Positions 17,483 through 27,823 of a stretch of DNA of 64,000 nucleotides are shown here, in pieces. The stretch comes from Polyangiales bacterium (GTDB lineage: Bacteria; Myxococcota_A; Polyangia; Polyangiales; Houyiibacteriaceae): assembly GCA_045106895.1 (NCBI GenBank), contig JBGCFM010000039.1:128001-192000 (forward strand), given 5' to 3'. A program made the position numbers and the translations under genes. Numbering within the stretch: position 1 is the first letter of the stretch; every line of letters starts with the position of its first letter. The notes under the pieces were generated by a model that worked only from the letters and a program-made list of their open reading frames with translations, did no database searches and was not told the DNA's origin.

Positions 17483-19746
17483 TGTCCGACGACAGCAACA
17501 CAATGGACGACGCCGACGGGGATACGAGTGCGAAGAAAAGCAACGCGAAGAAGAAGCTCTCGCGCCGCCAGTTCATCGTGCGTGGCCTCGCGGGCGGAAC
17601 CGGCGTCTTGATGGGCGTCGGCTACTTGGGACGCAACTCCATTCGGCGCGCCGTCTTTTCCGCCGAGATGCCGCCGTCTTTTAGCGGCGACACGGAGGAC
17701 CCGCTGATGTGGTTTGAGGTCGAAGCGGACAACCGCGTGCGTCTCTACAGCCCCAAAGTGGAAATGGGTCAGGGAACGTTCACGGGGATGGCGCAGATCG
17801 CCGCCGATGAGCTGGAGGTCGACGTGACGCGCATCGACGTTCTGCACGCGTCGTCAGACCGCGGCAATCTCGACTTCATGTCCACCGGCGGCAGCCTCTC
17901 CATCGCCGGCCTCTGGCTGCCCCTTCGGGAGCTCGCTGCAACCATGCGTGAGATGCTCCGCATCGAAGCTGCGCGGCAGATGGGCGTAGAGGCGAGCACG
18001 CTGAGCATTGACGATGGCACCTTCAGCTCGCGTTCCGAAACGAAGACCTACGGCGAGGTCGCCGCGAGCATGGATGTCTGGAACGTGCCGGACACGCCGC
18101 CGCTCAAAGATGTCTCGGACTACCGTTTCGTGGGTCAGCCGATCAAACGTGTCGACCTGGAAGCCAAGGTCTTCGGTGACCCCATCTTCGGCATGGACGC
18201 GATGGCGGAAGACATGGTGTATGGCTCCGTCCTTCGTCCGAGCATGGTCGGCGCCACACTTGCGAGCGTCGACACGGACGCCGCAGCGGCCATGCCCGGC
18301 GTGATCCAGGTGGTCGTGGAAAACGATTTCGTCGGCGTCGTCGCAGAAACCCGCATGCTGGCGGAGCGCGCGAAGGAAGCGGTCGTCGCGGAGTGGGTCG
18401 CGGAGCACGTTTGGGAAACGGCCCACGTGGACGAGCTCGTGCAGGTAGGCCGCGGGACCGACACGGAGATCCAACTCGAAGGCGACGCAGCATCGATTCT
18501 GGATGACGCCGAGGCGGACGGTGCAGACGGTTTCTTTCGCGCCGAATACCGCAGCCCTATCGGTGCTCACGCTCAGATGGAACCAAATGGCGCCGTCGCC
18601 GATGTTCGCGAGGACCACGCGACGATCACGCTCTCCACCCAGGTGGTGAAAGTGACGCGGGATGAGATCGCGGAGCGACTCGGCTTTGAACCCGAGCGCG
18701 TCAAGGTGGTACCGACGTACTTGGGGGGCGGCTTTGGCCGACGTCTGCACACGCCCAACGCGATTCAAGCCGCCGTTCTTTCGCGCGCCGTGGGACGCCC
18801 AGTGAAGTGCTTCTTCACGCGCAAGGAAGAGTTCCAGAGCGACACGTTCCGGCCTCCAACGCACCACGTGATGCGCGCCAAGGTCAGCGCCGAAGGCCGA
18901 ATCGAGGCCATCGAGCACCAAGTGGCGAGCGGCGACGTCATGTTTGGCTCACCGATGTTTCCGCCCATCGCCGCAACGATGCTTCGCGCCGATGCTGGCG
19001 CCCTCGTGGGCGGCCTGATCCACTACCACACGGTGCCAAATATCCGCGCCGTCACGTGGGGCGCAAAGCTCCCCTTTCGAACGAGCTTCTGGCGCGCCCT
19101 GGGGCTCCTCGCGAATACCTTCGCCATCGAGAGCTTCCTGGACGAAATCGCAACGGCAACGGAGCAAGACCCGGTTCAAATGCGTCTCGACATGATCCCG
19201 AACGACGAGCCTGGCGAACGCCTACGCGGCGTCATCGAAGCCGCCGTGGAGCGCCATGGCGGCTACCGCGACAGCGCCGAGAACGGACGCGCCATGGGCT
19301 TCGCTTGCTCCTCCGACGGTAGCAACCCCGCGGCGCACATTGTCGAAGTCGCACGCGTCGGGGGACGTGTTCGAGTGGAGAAAGTCACCTGCGCCTTCGA
19401 CCCAGGATTCGCCGTCAACCCCGACCAGGTCAAGGCTCAGTGCGAGGGCTCCGTGATGATGGGTCTTAGCGCGGCCATGTACGAGCGAATGGAGCTCATC
19501 GGCGGCGAGCTCAAACCCACCATCTACGGTCCGTACCGGATGGCACTGATGCGCGACGCACCCCGAGAAATCGACGTCGTTCTCGTCCAAGGGTCCGACG
19601 AACCTGGGCGCGTCGGTGAACCACCCATGGGCCCCATCGGCGCCGCCATCGCGAACGCGATGTTCCGCCTGAGCGGAGAGCGTATCCGCGAGATCCCCCT
19701 CGCCGCCGCCGAAGGCCTCGGTTCTGCGCGGGACCTCCAGGGGTAG
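17482..19746 (+). CDS. iorB: Molybdopterin-binding large subunit, IorB type, with Tat signal
   Basis: SRRQFI twin-arginine motif, EMGQG, TGGS, GGGFGRR, FAIESFLDE, VNPD, GRVGEPP with the catalytic Glu. Confidence 0.92.
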   Translation: MSDDSNTMDDADGDTSAKKSNAKKKLSRRQFIVRGLAGGTGVLMGVGYLGRNSIRRAVFSAEMPPSFSGDTEDPLMWFEVEADNRVRLYSPKVEMGQGTFTGMAQIAADELEVDVTRIDVLHASSDRGNLDFMSTGGSLSIAGLWLPLRELAATMREMLRIEAARQMGVEASTLSIDDGTFSSRSETKTYGEVAASMDVWNVPDTPPLKDVSDYRFVGQPIKRVDLEAKVFGDPIFGMDAMAEDMVYGSVLRPSMVGATLASVDTDAAAAMPGVIQVVVENDFVGVVAETRMLAERAKEAVVAEWVAEHVWETAHVDELVQVGRGTDTEIQLEGDAASILDDAEADGADGFFRAEYRSPIGAHAQMEPNGAVADVREDHATITLSTQVVKVTRDEIAERLGFEPERVKVVPTYLGGGFGRRLHTPNAIQAAVLSRAVGRPVKCFFTRKEEFQSDTFRPPTHHVMRAKVSAEGRIEAIEHQVASGDVMFGSPMFPPIAATMLRADAGALVGGLIHYHTVPNIRAVTWGAKLPFRTSFWRALGLLANTFAIESFLDEIATATEQDPVQMRLDMIPNDEPGERLRGVIEAAVERHGGYRDSAENGRAMGFACSSDGSNPAAHIVEVARVGGRVRVEKVTCAFDPGFAVNPDQVKAQCEGSVMMGLSAAMYERMELIGGELKPTIYGPYRMALMRDAPREIDVVLVQGSDEPGRVGEPPMGPIGAAIANAMFRLSGERIREIPLAAAEGLGSARDLQG

Positions 19747-19769
19747 CTCGTCTCGAAGCGCGACGAAGA

Positions 19770-19794
19770 AAAGCGCGCCGATTGGGCGCGCTTT
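19770..19794. terminator. Probable bidirectional intrinsic terminator
   Basis: AAAGCGCGCC-GATTG-GGCGCGCTTT hairpin between convergent genes. Confidence 0.7.
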
Positions 19795-19817
19795 CGCTTC
19801 AACATCGAAGTCTGAGC

Positions 19818-20732
19818 CTATTCGCCGAAGCGGAAAGTGACACCGGCGTCCATGGTGCCTTGGCGAAGGTTCGAGCCTGTTGCGCCGGCACGTGCGCCGG
19901 AAAGGAACGCGCTGCCGCGGTAGCCGGCGGCAACGTAGGCGCCGATCATGCGGTGGAACCAGAGCGTCGCGCCGACCTTGACGGCGACGGCGAGACCGAA
20001 TGCGCCGTACTCGCCGTTGCTGCCGAAGGCGATGCCGACGTGGCCGCTGAGGAAGGGGTCGATGGCGATGCTGCCGACGTCGAAGGCGTAGTGAACGCCG
20101 ATGCCGAGGTCGAAACCGAAGACGCCGAATCGGTCCACGCCGCCACCGAGGTCCAAGGAGGTGTATCGGAGTGTCCCGGAGGAGTAGAACACGGGACCGA
20201 AGTTTCGCTGGATGTCGAGTTCAACTCCATAGGAAGGAGTGAGGCCTTCCGTAAACTCTGCTTCGACGCCGGTGACGTCACTCGTGTATGACTGTCGCCC
20301 GCCGAAACCGAGGAGGAACCCGAGCTTCAAACGGAGGCGACCGGCATGCGCGAGGCTCGGCCCCGGCGCGACGTAGCCCTGTGGGTTCTGCTGCGGCGCG
20401 TACTCGCCGCGGGCGTCGTGCACGGGTACCGGAGCGTACTGAGGCTGTTGGGCGGGCTGCGCCTGCACAGGCTGCGCTTGGACGGGCTGCTGCACGGGCG
20501 CGGGCTGCACAACCGCCGTCCCGTTCGCGCCGTCCGCTTGGACTTCGACGCTGACCTGCGCGTCGACGGCGGGCATACCCGCCACGGGGACGGCTTCGGC
20601 GCAGGTGCCGTCGCTCATACAGGTCGCGCCCGCTGAACACGCGGGCTGACAGATCTGAGCGCTCGCGGATTGAGAGCTCAAGGACGCCGCGACACAGAGA
20701 GCAAAGACGGCGGGGAGTGATAGTGATTTCAT
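19818..20732 (-). CDS. Outer-membrane beta-barrel protein with Cys-rich N-terminus and Pro/Gln linker
   Basis: Signal peptide, CQPAC..C....C, QPVQA repeats, amphipathic strands ending GVTFRF. Confidence 0.75.
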   Translation of the reverse strand: MKSLSLPAVFALCVAASLSSQSASAQICQPACSAGATCMSDGTCAEAVPVAGMPAVDAQVSVEVQADGANGTAVVQPAPVQQPVQAQPVQAQPAQQPQYAPVPVHDARGEYAPQQNPQGYVAPGPSLAHAGRLRLKLGFLLGFGGRQSYTSDVTGVEAEFTEGLTPSYGVELDIQRNFGPVFYSSGTLRYTSLDLGGGVDRFGVFGFDLGIGVHYAFDVGSIAIDPFLSGHVGIAFGSNGEYGAFGLAVAVKVGATLWFHRMIGAYVAAGYRGSAFLSGARAGATGSNLRQGTMDAGVTFRFGE

Positions 20733-20952
20733 GGTGTCGGCACTAAGCAGAAAGCGGGCCAGGTCGGCAAAACGAGGTTTGAACCCCAAATATCCGGCTT
20801 TTTGTAGAAATATGGGCGATGCCGCGACAATCCGTGGGGCGTAAACGAATGCACCCAGGTGTAATCCAATGGTCCCTACGCGACCCGCTTTCGTGTTCCA
20901 GCAGCGGCTCCGGCACCGGGCGCCCGCCTGCGAAGGCTGATAGGGTATTCGC

Positions 20953-22197
20953 GTGATTCGCGCCGGAAGCTGCCTAGTGCTCTTTGCTCTCTTTTTTGGA
21001 TGCGAGGACGACGTCCAGGATCCCGCCGATGTCTCGACGGCTGACGTCGCGACGGACGTCGGCGAAGACGCCCCGGTTGAGGACGCCCCCGTCGATGCCG
21101 TCGACGTTGTCCCCGCGAACGAAATTCGTGGCCGGGTCCGCTACGAGGACTTGGAGTTTGAGGCGAACGGCTTCACCGGCGAGAGCACCTGGCGTCCGGC
21201 ACGCGCCGTCGAGGTGAGCCTCCGAGTCGGTGGCCGTGAACGCGTCGTGACGCAGACCGACGACGAAGGCCGCTTCGTCCTCGTTCATGAAGAGCCCATC
21301 AACACGGACGCCGTGGTTCGCGTCACGGCGCGCGTTCGCGAAGGCGCTCAAGTTGTTCAGACGCAGACACATTCCGAGGAGGTCTACTTCCTCGAAGCTG
21401 CTGCGCTCACCGGCGACGCGACGCCGGTCAACATCGATGCGGCGGCGAGCGAGCTCGGCGGCGCCTTCAACATCACCGACGTCACCCTCGACGCGCTTCG
21501 TATCATCGCGCCGCATATCGGCGAAGCCGCCCCTCGCCTTGGCTTCGGCTGGGAGAAGGGCGAGCCTTGGCCGTGCGGGTCTTGCTACGGCGACGACGTG
21601 GTGAAGCTCGGCGGGCAGGTAGAAGACACCGACGAGTACGACGACGACATCATCCTCCATGAGTACGGGCACTACTTCGTCGAGTACTACAGCCGGGACT
21701 CTTCCCCTGGCGGCTCCCACCGCGACCGGCAGGTCTCGCCGGTGCTCGCGTATGGCGAAGGAATCGCCTACTTCTTCACGCTCATGGTCACCGGGCGCGA
21801 CATCATCGTCGACAACTACATCGACGGAACCCGCACCATCGACTTCAACCGCTACATTCAAAACGGAGGCGACCGGCCTGGTTTCGTAGGCACCGAAGAC
21901 GGCACACTCGAAGGCAACCTTCGCGAAGAGATCATCGGCGGCATCATGCTCGACGCGATGGACCCCGCGGATGCCTCCGAGCCCTTCGATACGGTGGCCT
22001 TGGGCACCAGCGGGATGCTTGCGCTCTTCATCGATCACTTCGGACAAACGCGCACGCCAAGCCAAGGCGCTCCCGGCGTCGACCTCTCGGACTTCCTCTG
22101 GGCACTCCAGTGCGTCGCCGAGGTGCCGCGGGAGGCCGTCCAGGCTCTGGCGGACGACCGGCGCTTTCCTTGGAGGGCTCCGGCGCGCTGCGAATAG
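20953..22197 (+). CDS. Lipoprotein zinc metallopeptidase (gluzincin-like)
   Basis: Lipobox FFGC; DIILHEYGHY with downstream AYGEG third-ligand motif. Confidence 0.75.
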   Translation: MIRAGSCLVLFALFFGCEDDVQDPADVSTADVATDVGEDAPVEDAPVDAVDVVPANEIRGRVRYEDLEFEANGFTGESTWRPARAVEVSLRVGGRERVVTQTDDEGRFVLVHEEPINTDAVVRVTARVREGAQVVQTQTHSEEVYFLEAAALTGDATPVNIDAAASELGGAFNITDVTLDALRIIAPHIGEAAPRLGFGWEKGEPWPCGSCYGDDVVKLGGQVEDTDEYDDDIILHEYGHYFVEYYSRDSSPGGSHRDRQVSPVLAYGEGIAYFFTLMVTGRDIIVDNYIDGTRTIDFNRYIQNGGDRPGFVGTEDGTLEGNLREEIIGGIMLDAMDPADASEPFDTVALGTSGMLALFIDHFGQTRTPSQGAPGVDLSDFLWALQCVAEVPREAVQALADDRRFPWRAPARCE

Positions 22198-22270
22198 CCA
22201 GCGCGAAGGGAAACGCACAAAAAGTGAGGACGCCCACGAAGAAAACGCCGCACGAAGCGTAGCTTGATGC

Positions 22271-23347
22271 ATGGCATCGAGGCGGCTCCGCAAGACACTC
22301 CCGAAAGACCTCCCGGCTCTCATGGAGGCGGCGGCCACCAGCGGTGACTACTCCGCCGTGCACAAGGCTCTCGAGGCGTGCCAAATCGACGCCCGCGGCG
22401 GCTCCGGCAAAGGGACGCCGCTCATGATGCGACCGTGCACGCCGGAGCTCGCGCGCTGGGTCGTCGCCCGCGGCACCGACGTCAACGCGACGGACACCTA
22501 CGGAAAGACGGCGCTCCACGCGAGCGCCCGGGCGCGCTTCCACCATAAGCTCCCGGTCACCGAGCTCCTCGAGATGGGCGCGGATGTCCACGCCAAGTCC
22601 AGCAGCGGCCTCACGCCACTTCATTGCGCCGCCGATGGTGCGCACACGGAAGCCGTGCAGCTCCTGTTGAAGGCCGGCGCGGAAGTCGATGGCGCATGCA
22701 ATCGAGGGCTCTCTCCTCTCGAGTATGCGCTTCAACGCATGTCCAACGTCGGCGTCATTGCCTTCGTCGCCGCCGCGAAGGCGCTCTTGGACGCCGGAGC
22801 CTCCGTCACGCCACGTGCGAGAGACTTCGTGAGGCGCGCCTCGGAGCGCTTCGAGTTTCACCGCGACGCGTTCAACAAAGACATGCTTCCGGAGGCGTCG
22901 GCGGCGATGGAGGCGCTCTGCGCGCTCTTCGAAGTCGCGCCCGCCACGGCGCGCCAGATGCACGACGGAACCTCGCCCATCACCGCCCCTGAAGGCACTT
23001 GGCAAAAGCAGCACGCGGAGCTTTGGGAGCTCTTGGTCCCGTCCAAGGGCGCCTGTGCGACGGTCCAGGGGGAAGTCGTCCGAATCGCCGGGAGGATCCG
23101 CGACGAGCTCTTTCGCAACGGAGGCATGAACTGGGACGCCCAATACACCGCGATGGCCGAAGCTTTTTACGCGCACATGGCGTCTCACGAAGCGCTGAAC
23201 GCAGCCTCCCTCGCGGAGTGCGAAAGGCACGTCAAAGCCGTGCGGCGAAATCCGGACAGCGCCGACCGCCTCGCTCAGTGGGCCGTCGCCTGGGTGCGCC
23301 GTAACCCGACGCCCATCGCGCTAGCCGCGCCGGCCTATGAGCGCTGA
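22271..23347 (+). CDS. Ankyrin-repeat protein
   Basis: GKTALH, GLTPLHCAA, LLLKAGAEVD, GLSPLEYA repeats, followed by a C-terminal domain with TVQGEVVRI. Confidence 0.85.
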   Translation: MASRRLRKTLPKDLPALMEAAATSGDYSAVHKALEACQIDARGGSGKGTPLMMRPCTPELARWVVARGTDVNATDTYGKTALHASARARFHHKLPVTELLEMGADVHAKSSSGLTPLHCAADGAHTEAVQLLLKAGAEVDGACNRGLSPLEYALQRMSNVGVIAFVAAAKALLDAGASVTPRARDFVRRASERFEFHRDAFNKDMLPEASAAMEALCALFEVAPATARQMHDGTSPITAPEGTWQKQHAELWELLVPSKGACATVQGEVVRIAGRIRDELFRNGGMNWDAQYTAMAEAFYAHMASHEALNAASLAECERHVKAVRRNPDSADRLAQWAVAWVRRNPTPIALAAPAYER

Positions 23348-23422
23348 GGACCACTAGACTGACGGTTCTCATTCACACGTAGGGGAAGTTGCGCTGCCGC
23401 GCGTGAATCTCTACCCTTAGCC

Positions 23423-25387
23423 ATGCTTCAGCGCTTGGTCTTAATTTCGCTTCTCGCGTTCGTCTCCGCGTGCCCAGACGATCCGCCGCCCTTTGTTCCA
23501 CAAAGCGACACCGGACCTCTGCCCGACGCCGGCCCTCTCCCCGATGTACCGGATGGTCCCGACACGGGCGCGCCTATCACCTGCGAAGAAGGCGGCCCAA
23601 GCGTCACCATTACGGAGCCCGTCCCGGCTACGAGCGCGTCGGATTCAAACGTGCTCATCGGCGCCCGGCACACCGTGCGCTGTGAGGTTCTTCGGCCCGC
23701 GGAACCCGGCTCGGTCCCCGTCGACCCGGAGTCTGTGATCATCACGCGAACCGACGCCGACGGGAACACCCTCGAGGCGCCCGTCGTGAGCTCCGATGGA
23801 GATGTCTACCAAGCGAACTTCGATCTCGCTGACGCACCGAGCGGCGAGGTCTTCTTCCGCTGCATCGCTTCGGACACCGATGAGACCTGCACGATCTCGG
23901 ACCTCAGCACACTCGTCGACCTCGGCCCCAGCGTGGAGATCACCTCGCCAACGCCAGACTCGGTCCACTCCACAACGATGAACCTTCGCTACCGCATCGT
24001 GAGCCAACCTCTTGGAGACGATGACCTCTTCGCCGGCCTGGGGGAGCACACCGTCGTCGTCGCCGGTACGACGATCACCAACATCGTCGACGAGGGCGAA
24101 GGCAACTTCAGCGCCGCCATCGACTTCTCCGACGACACAATCTTCGACCCTGACCTCTCCGGTGAATTCGAGATCGCCGTCTCAGCAGAGAACCAGCGTA
24201 CGCCGGAGCCCGCCGTCCGCGTGGCACGACAGGCCTTCACCCTCGACCGTACCCCGCCGGAGATCGAGTTCGTCAGCCCCCTCGAGGGAGAGCTCGTCGG
24301 CGGCCGCGTTCGCGTCGTCGCTTCCATCAGCGACCCGAGTGGCGTCGACCCTGCGAGTGTCGTCTTGCGCGCCGGCATGATGGAGTTCGACATGAACTTG
24401 GTACCGATGTCAGCGGACTTCTCCGTGAGCTTTGACGCCTCGCTCTTCCCCCAGACGGTCACGGAGCTCACGCTCAACGTCACCGCATCGGACAACGCGG
24501 CGAACCGCCAGACCCTCTCCCTCGTCGTCAAACTCGACAGCGTGCCGCCTATCGCGTCCCTCGACCCACCCGACATTCGTGCGGGACGAGTTCAGTCCGG
24601 AACTCTTCAGTGCACGCGCCTCTTCGACCCAGTCGGCAGCGACTCCGTCAACGACGGCGAGATTGTTGGAACCGCCGCAGAGTTTCGGGCGCGCACCCAG
24701 GACGAAGGCAACCGCCCCTTCGGTGGTGAAGGCGTCGTCGTGTTCCTCGCGGGTCTTCGCTCGGTTCAGCTCTACATCAACGATGAGCCCGAAGTTCCTC
24801 TCCTCGTCGACCTGAGCGGCGACGGCGTATGCGACTCCATCAACCCGGATCTCGAGCCCGTCCCCGGCGACCCAAGTCGCGCCGTCGTCGTCGACCTCGA
24901 AGGCGTTCGCCCTGCTGGCCGCTGGCCCTTTAGCTCCGTTGACTTCGACTCTCCCGGTACGCCCGCCGAAGCCTACACGGGTGCCTATGACGGCTGTAAC
25001 CAAGGCAACGGCAGCGGCTTGCCAAACCGGCAATGTGAAGAGAGCACGCCGATGGCCCACATCATCGCCTCGACGTACGACGAGCCCACTATCTACGGAA
25101 AGCCTCTCATCACAGACCTCACCTGCGTCGGCGACGCTTTCGACTTCCAGGGTTCCATCGACGAAGGCTGGTCATGCTTGGCCGTTCGCTCCGAAGACAA
25201 CCTCGGGAATGTCGGCGTGTCCCGCCCACTTCGGGCCTGCTTCATCGACGGCGCTGGCGGCGACGCCGAGTGCCCCGGTCCCGTGGGAACCATCGCGCCG
25301 GAGGGCATGCGCCCAGGGTGCACCGACGGCTGCATGATGCCGCGTTCCTATGTGAATGACCCGAGCTACCAGCTCTTCAACCCCTGA
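23423..25387 (+). CDS. Lipoprotein with bacterial Ig-like domains
   Basis: Lipobox VSAC; repeated 'D..PP.[IV].[IF].SP' and 'A.D.A.N' Ig-like signatures; Cys-rich C-terminus. Confidence 0.75.
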   Translation: MLQRLVLISLLAFVSACPDDPPPFVPQSDTGPLPDAGPLPDVPDGPDTGAPITCEEGGPSVTITEPVPATSASDSNVLIGARHTVRCEVLRPAEPGSVPVDPESVIITRTDADGNTLEAPVVSSDGDVYQANFDLADAPSGEVFFRCIASDTDETCTISDLSTLVDLGPSVEITSPTPDSVHSTTMNLRYRIVSQPLGDDDLFAGLGEHTVVVAGTTITNIVDEGEGNFSAAIDFSDDTIFDPDLSGEFEIAVSAENQRTPEPAVRVARQAFTLDRTPPEIEFVSPLEGELVGGRVRVVASISDPSGVDPASVVLRAGMMEFDMNLVPMSADFSVSFDASLFPQTVTELTLNVTASDNAANRQTLSLVVKLDSVPPIASLDPPDIRAGRVQSGTLQCTRLFDPVGSDSVNDGEIVGTAAEFRARTQDEGNRPFGGEGVVVFLAGLRSVQLYINDEPEVPLLVDLSGDGVCDSINPDLEPVPGDPSRAVVVDLEGVRPAGRWPFSSVDFDSPGTPAEAYTGAYDGCNQGNGSGLPNRQCEESTPMAHIIASTYDEPTIYGKPLITDLTCVGDAFDFQGSIDEGWSCLAVRSEDNLGNVGVSRPLRACFIDGAGGDAECPGPVGTIAPEGMRPGCTDGCMMPRSYVNDPSYQLFNP

Positions 25388-25399
25388 GGTCAGGCGCGG

Positions 25400-25425
25400 G
25401 CTGACGGTCGGCGATGGCCGTCAGC
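25400..25425. terminator. Stem-loop between convergent genes
   Basis: GCTGACGGTCG-GCGA-TGGCCGTCAGC, an 11-bp stem (with G-U pairs) and GNRA loop. Confidence 0.5.
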
Positions 25426-25756
25426 GACCCTTCTGACGCTCCGAGGCGGCCTTGATGAGCGGCTCGATCTCTTCCAGTTCGTGCTCCCGAAGCGTGCTTG
25501 CGACACGTCGGCGCTGGCGAGCGAAGGCGCTGCCGTGTTTGAGCTTTCCGAGCGTGCGGACGTCCTTCTCGACGTTCTCACCGAGCTTGAGCTTCTTGAG
25601 GACGGGCTCGTGAAGCTTGCACAGGAGCATCGCGAGGGCTTCACGCCTAGCCTGCTCCTCTTTCGCCTCCTGCCGCACCTGCGTGCGTGAAGGTCCGACC
25701 TCTTCTTCTTCTTCGATGGTCGAGGTATCGATCATCGGCTTTTTGCGCTTGCCCAT
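25421..25756 (-). CDS. darP: Ribosome-associated DarP/YjgA (DUF615) family protein, short form
   Basis: GPSRTQVRQE, AFARQRRRVASTLR match the YjgA pattern; start at ATG 25756. Confidence 0.7.
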   Translation of the reverse strand: MGKRKKPMIDTSTIEEEEEVGPSRTQVRQEAKEEQARREALAMLLCKLHEPVLKKLKLGENVEKDVRTLGKLKHGSAFARQRRRVASTLREHELEEIEPLIKAASERQKGR

Positions 25757-25794
25757 GTCGGTGTTCTGCACCCTCGGGGCGCAAGGTCAACCGC

Positions 25795-26529
25795 TCACTC
25801 GTCCGGCCGCTCCTCCTCTAGCGCCTCGCTATCCGGCGGCCATGTCCGCCGCGTATCGAGGACGCTGCGGCCAGCGAGTTCGTGAAAGACCACGTTTAGC
25901 ACCTCGTTCCCGTCCTTGAGTTCAAGGAGCCGCTGGTACTCGCTGAAGGAGAGGACGCCGCCCCCACCGGTGCTGCCCCCGAATCCGCGCAGATAGTACG
26001 AGGTGCTCTCCCCGCCCTCCCCCGTATCTTCGGTGTAGGCGTCGGTCACGCAGCGATGCACCTCCGCGTAGCTACCAGCAGGACTCTCACCGCAGCGAAG
26101 CTCAAAGAGACACTGGCCCGCGCCAACTTGGCGGGCGAAGAACTCGCAGCGCGTGCCAAGAATCGCCTCGTCCGTCGCGACCATCGCCGTCCCGCGTCCT
26201 TCAAGGCGCATTGGGGCCGGCGGCGTGTTGCAATCCTTGATTTGCGTGAGTCCCAGAACGAGTGACCCCACGGCAAAGACACCTGCGACGAGAGCACCCA
26301 CTTTGGGAAACGCCTCGCCCATGGCGACGAAGTTCTCGAGAAGCGTTGTGAAGAGCCCGGTACTGGATCGGCGAGCCTTTTGTAATTCCGCGTCAAGGTC
26401 ACGCACGCGCTTCTCCGCCGCGAAGACGTCCTGTCGCAGGCTCTCCATGCCGTCGCTGAGCTCCGCGATGGAGTCCGTGAGCGTGTCCACACGGGCACGA
26501 AGCTCTTCGACGCTCGCCCCCTCGCTCAC
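25795..26529 (-). CDS. Hypothetical membrane protein with N-terminal coiled coil
   Basis: GTG start at 26529 (GTGA overlap); coiled-coil heptads, one TM helix, Cys-containing external domain. Confidence 0.6.
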   Translation of the reverse strand: MSEGASVEELRARVDTLTDSIAELSDGMESLRQDVFAAEKRVRDLDAELQKARRSSTGLFTTLLENFVAMGEAFPKVGALVAGVFAVGSLVLGLTQIKDCNTPPAPMRLEGRGTAMVATDEAILGTRCEFFARQVGAGQCLFELRCGESPAGSYAEVHRCVTDAYTEDTGEGGESTSYYLRGFGGSTGGGGVLSFSEYQRLLELKDGNEVLNVVFHELAGRSVLDTRRTWPPDSEALEEERPDE

Positions 26530-27101
26530 AGCCCGCGTCCTCCGGGCAAACGAAAAACAACGGTTTCGCCGTCGGCGCGACGAAGCACCGCACGTGAGAC
26601 GGCTCCACGGACGTAGGTAAAGTGCTCGCCCGGAACGCCCTCGTCGGACCAAAAGAGGGCGCCCATGCCATGTGCTTGGCAACTCCCTACTCCCTCCCAA
26701 ACAACGTCCGCACCGCACCACGCCTTGGCCCTGCACGAGCCCGCAAAGGCATCGTCGATCTCCACTTGGCAACCCTCCAGCGAAGTCTCACCACGCCAGG
26801 CGCTTTCGGCGCTAACGGTCTCGCTCACGTTTGTGCAGGCATGAAGAAGCGCTCCGCTCAAGACACACGTCAGCGCCAAACCGACGAGCCCCAGCGCCGC
26901 CGCTAAGAAGAAGTACCCCACGCGCCGTGCGCGGCCCTTCGCCTTTTCGACTCGGATCGTGCGCTTGAGCGTCTCGGCGTCGTCGTCCGCTGCCACGCAA
27001 CGAAAGCGCAAGCCCTGCGCGGTGCCCTCGAGGCCCGCGTGCTCGGCGTCGAGAACGAGAAGACGCTCTCGAAGAACGAGGGTCTCGTCGCGGTAGCTCA
27101 C
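26526..27101 (-). CDS. Hypothetical membrane protein
   Basis: MSYRDE start, coiled coil, TM helix and Cys-rich tail; GTGA overlaps on both sides. Confidence 0.6.
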   Translation of the reverse strand: MSYRDETLVLRERLLVLDAEHAGLEGTAQGLRFRCVAADDDAETLKRTIRVEKAKGRARRVGYFFLAAALGLVGLALTCVLSGALLHACTNVSETVSAESAWRGETSLEGCQVEIDDAFAGSCRAKAWCGADVVWEGVGSCQAHGMGALFWSDEGVPGEHFTYVRGAVSRAVLRRADGETVVFRLPGGRGL

Positions 27102-27733
27102 TTCCGCAAGCGTGAGAGCACGGAGGCGATGACCGTGTTGTGCTGCGACGGGTCCATTCCGACGGCCTCCACCGAGCGGGCGATGAACCGCTGGAGCATG
27201 ATCGTCGTTCCTGGACCGAGCGCCTGAGAGCGTTTGTTGAGCGCCGTCAGATGCGCCGGGTCAATCGCGACGCCCTGGAGCCCTCGCGCTACGCCCAGGT
27301 GCGCCGTGACGAGCTTCTTGATGAGACCCAACATCGCGCCGCCGTTCGCCTGAATATCTTCGTAGAGCGCCTGAAGCTCTTCGAGGTCGGCGGGGTTTGT
27401 ACGATGGGCCAGGAGCGAGGTGATGGCTTGCGTTCGCAGCTGGTACGCCACCCCTTTGTTGGAAACGTTCAAGCTCCGGTACTCGCTCTCGAGGGTGTCG
27501 AGGTCGCCGATGATGCCCAGCCACGCGAAGCGTTCGATCATAATAGGCATCTGTCCGGCTCGGACCTTTGCCGTCGGCGGCTTCGCGTAGGTGTCTAGCG
27601 CAGCGCGCGCCGCCGTTGGGTCGCCCGCATCCAGCGCCGCCATGATCTTCTTGCCGCCCTTGTTGTTGCGGACGGCGGTGATGACGACCATCACCAAAGC
27701 CGCCACCATTCCGATGATTGCACCCTGAATCAT
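27098..27733 (-). CDS. Hypothetical protein with N-terminal membrane anchor
   Basis: Hydrophobic N-terminus, helical body; first gene of a three-gene coupled run. Confidence 0.7.
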   Translation of the reverse strand: MIQGAIIGMVAALVMVVITAVRNNKGGKKIMAALDAGDPTAARAALDTYAKPPTAKVRAGQMPIMIERFAWLGIIGDLDTLESEYRSLNVSNKGVAYQLRTQAITSLLAHRTNPADLEELQALYEDIQANGGAMLGLIKKLVTAHLGVARGLQGVAIDPAHLTALNKRSQALGPGTTIMLQRFIARSVEAVGMDPSQHNTVIASVLSRLRK

Positions 27734-27823
27734 GCAAAGAGGCTACGTCGACGGCGGAACGTTGAGAAGGCCCATAGGCGCCAAAAAGGTGACTTTCCCT
27801 CAGGACTCGGGCGACAAGGGACA

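Noticed and set aside
22198..22265. A-rich intergenic stretch with loose ACGC/CACGAAG repeats
   Set aside because: Too degenerate to define a unit or structure.
20974..22338. 454-aa minus-strand ORF
   Set aside because: Antisense shadow of the HEYGH metallopeptidase gene; typical of high-GC DNA and without motifs.
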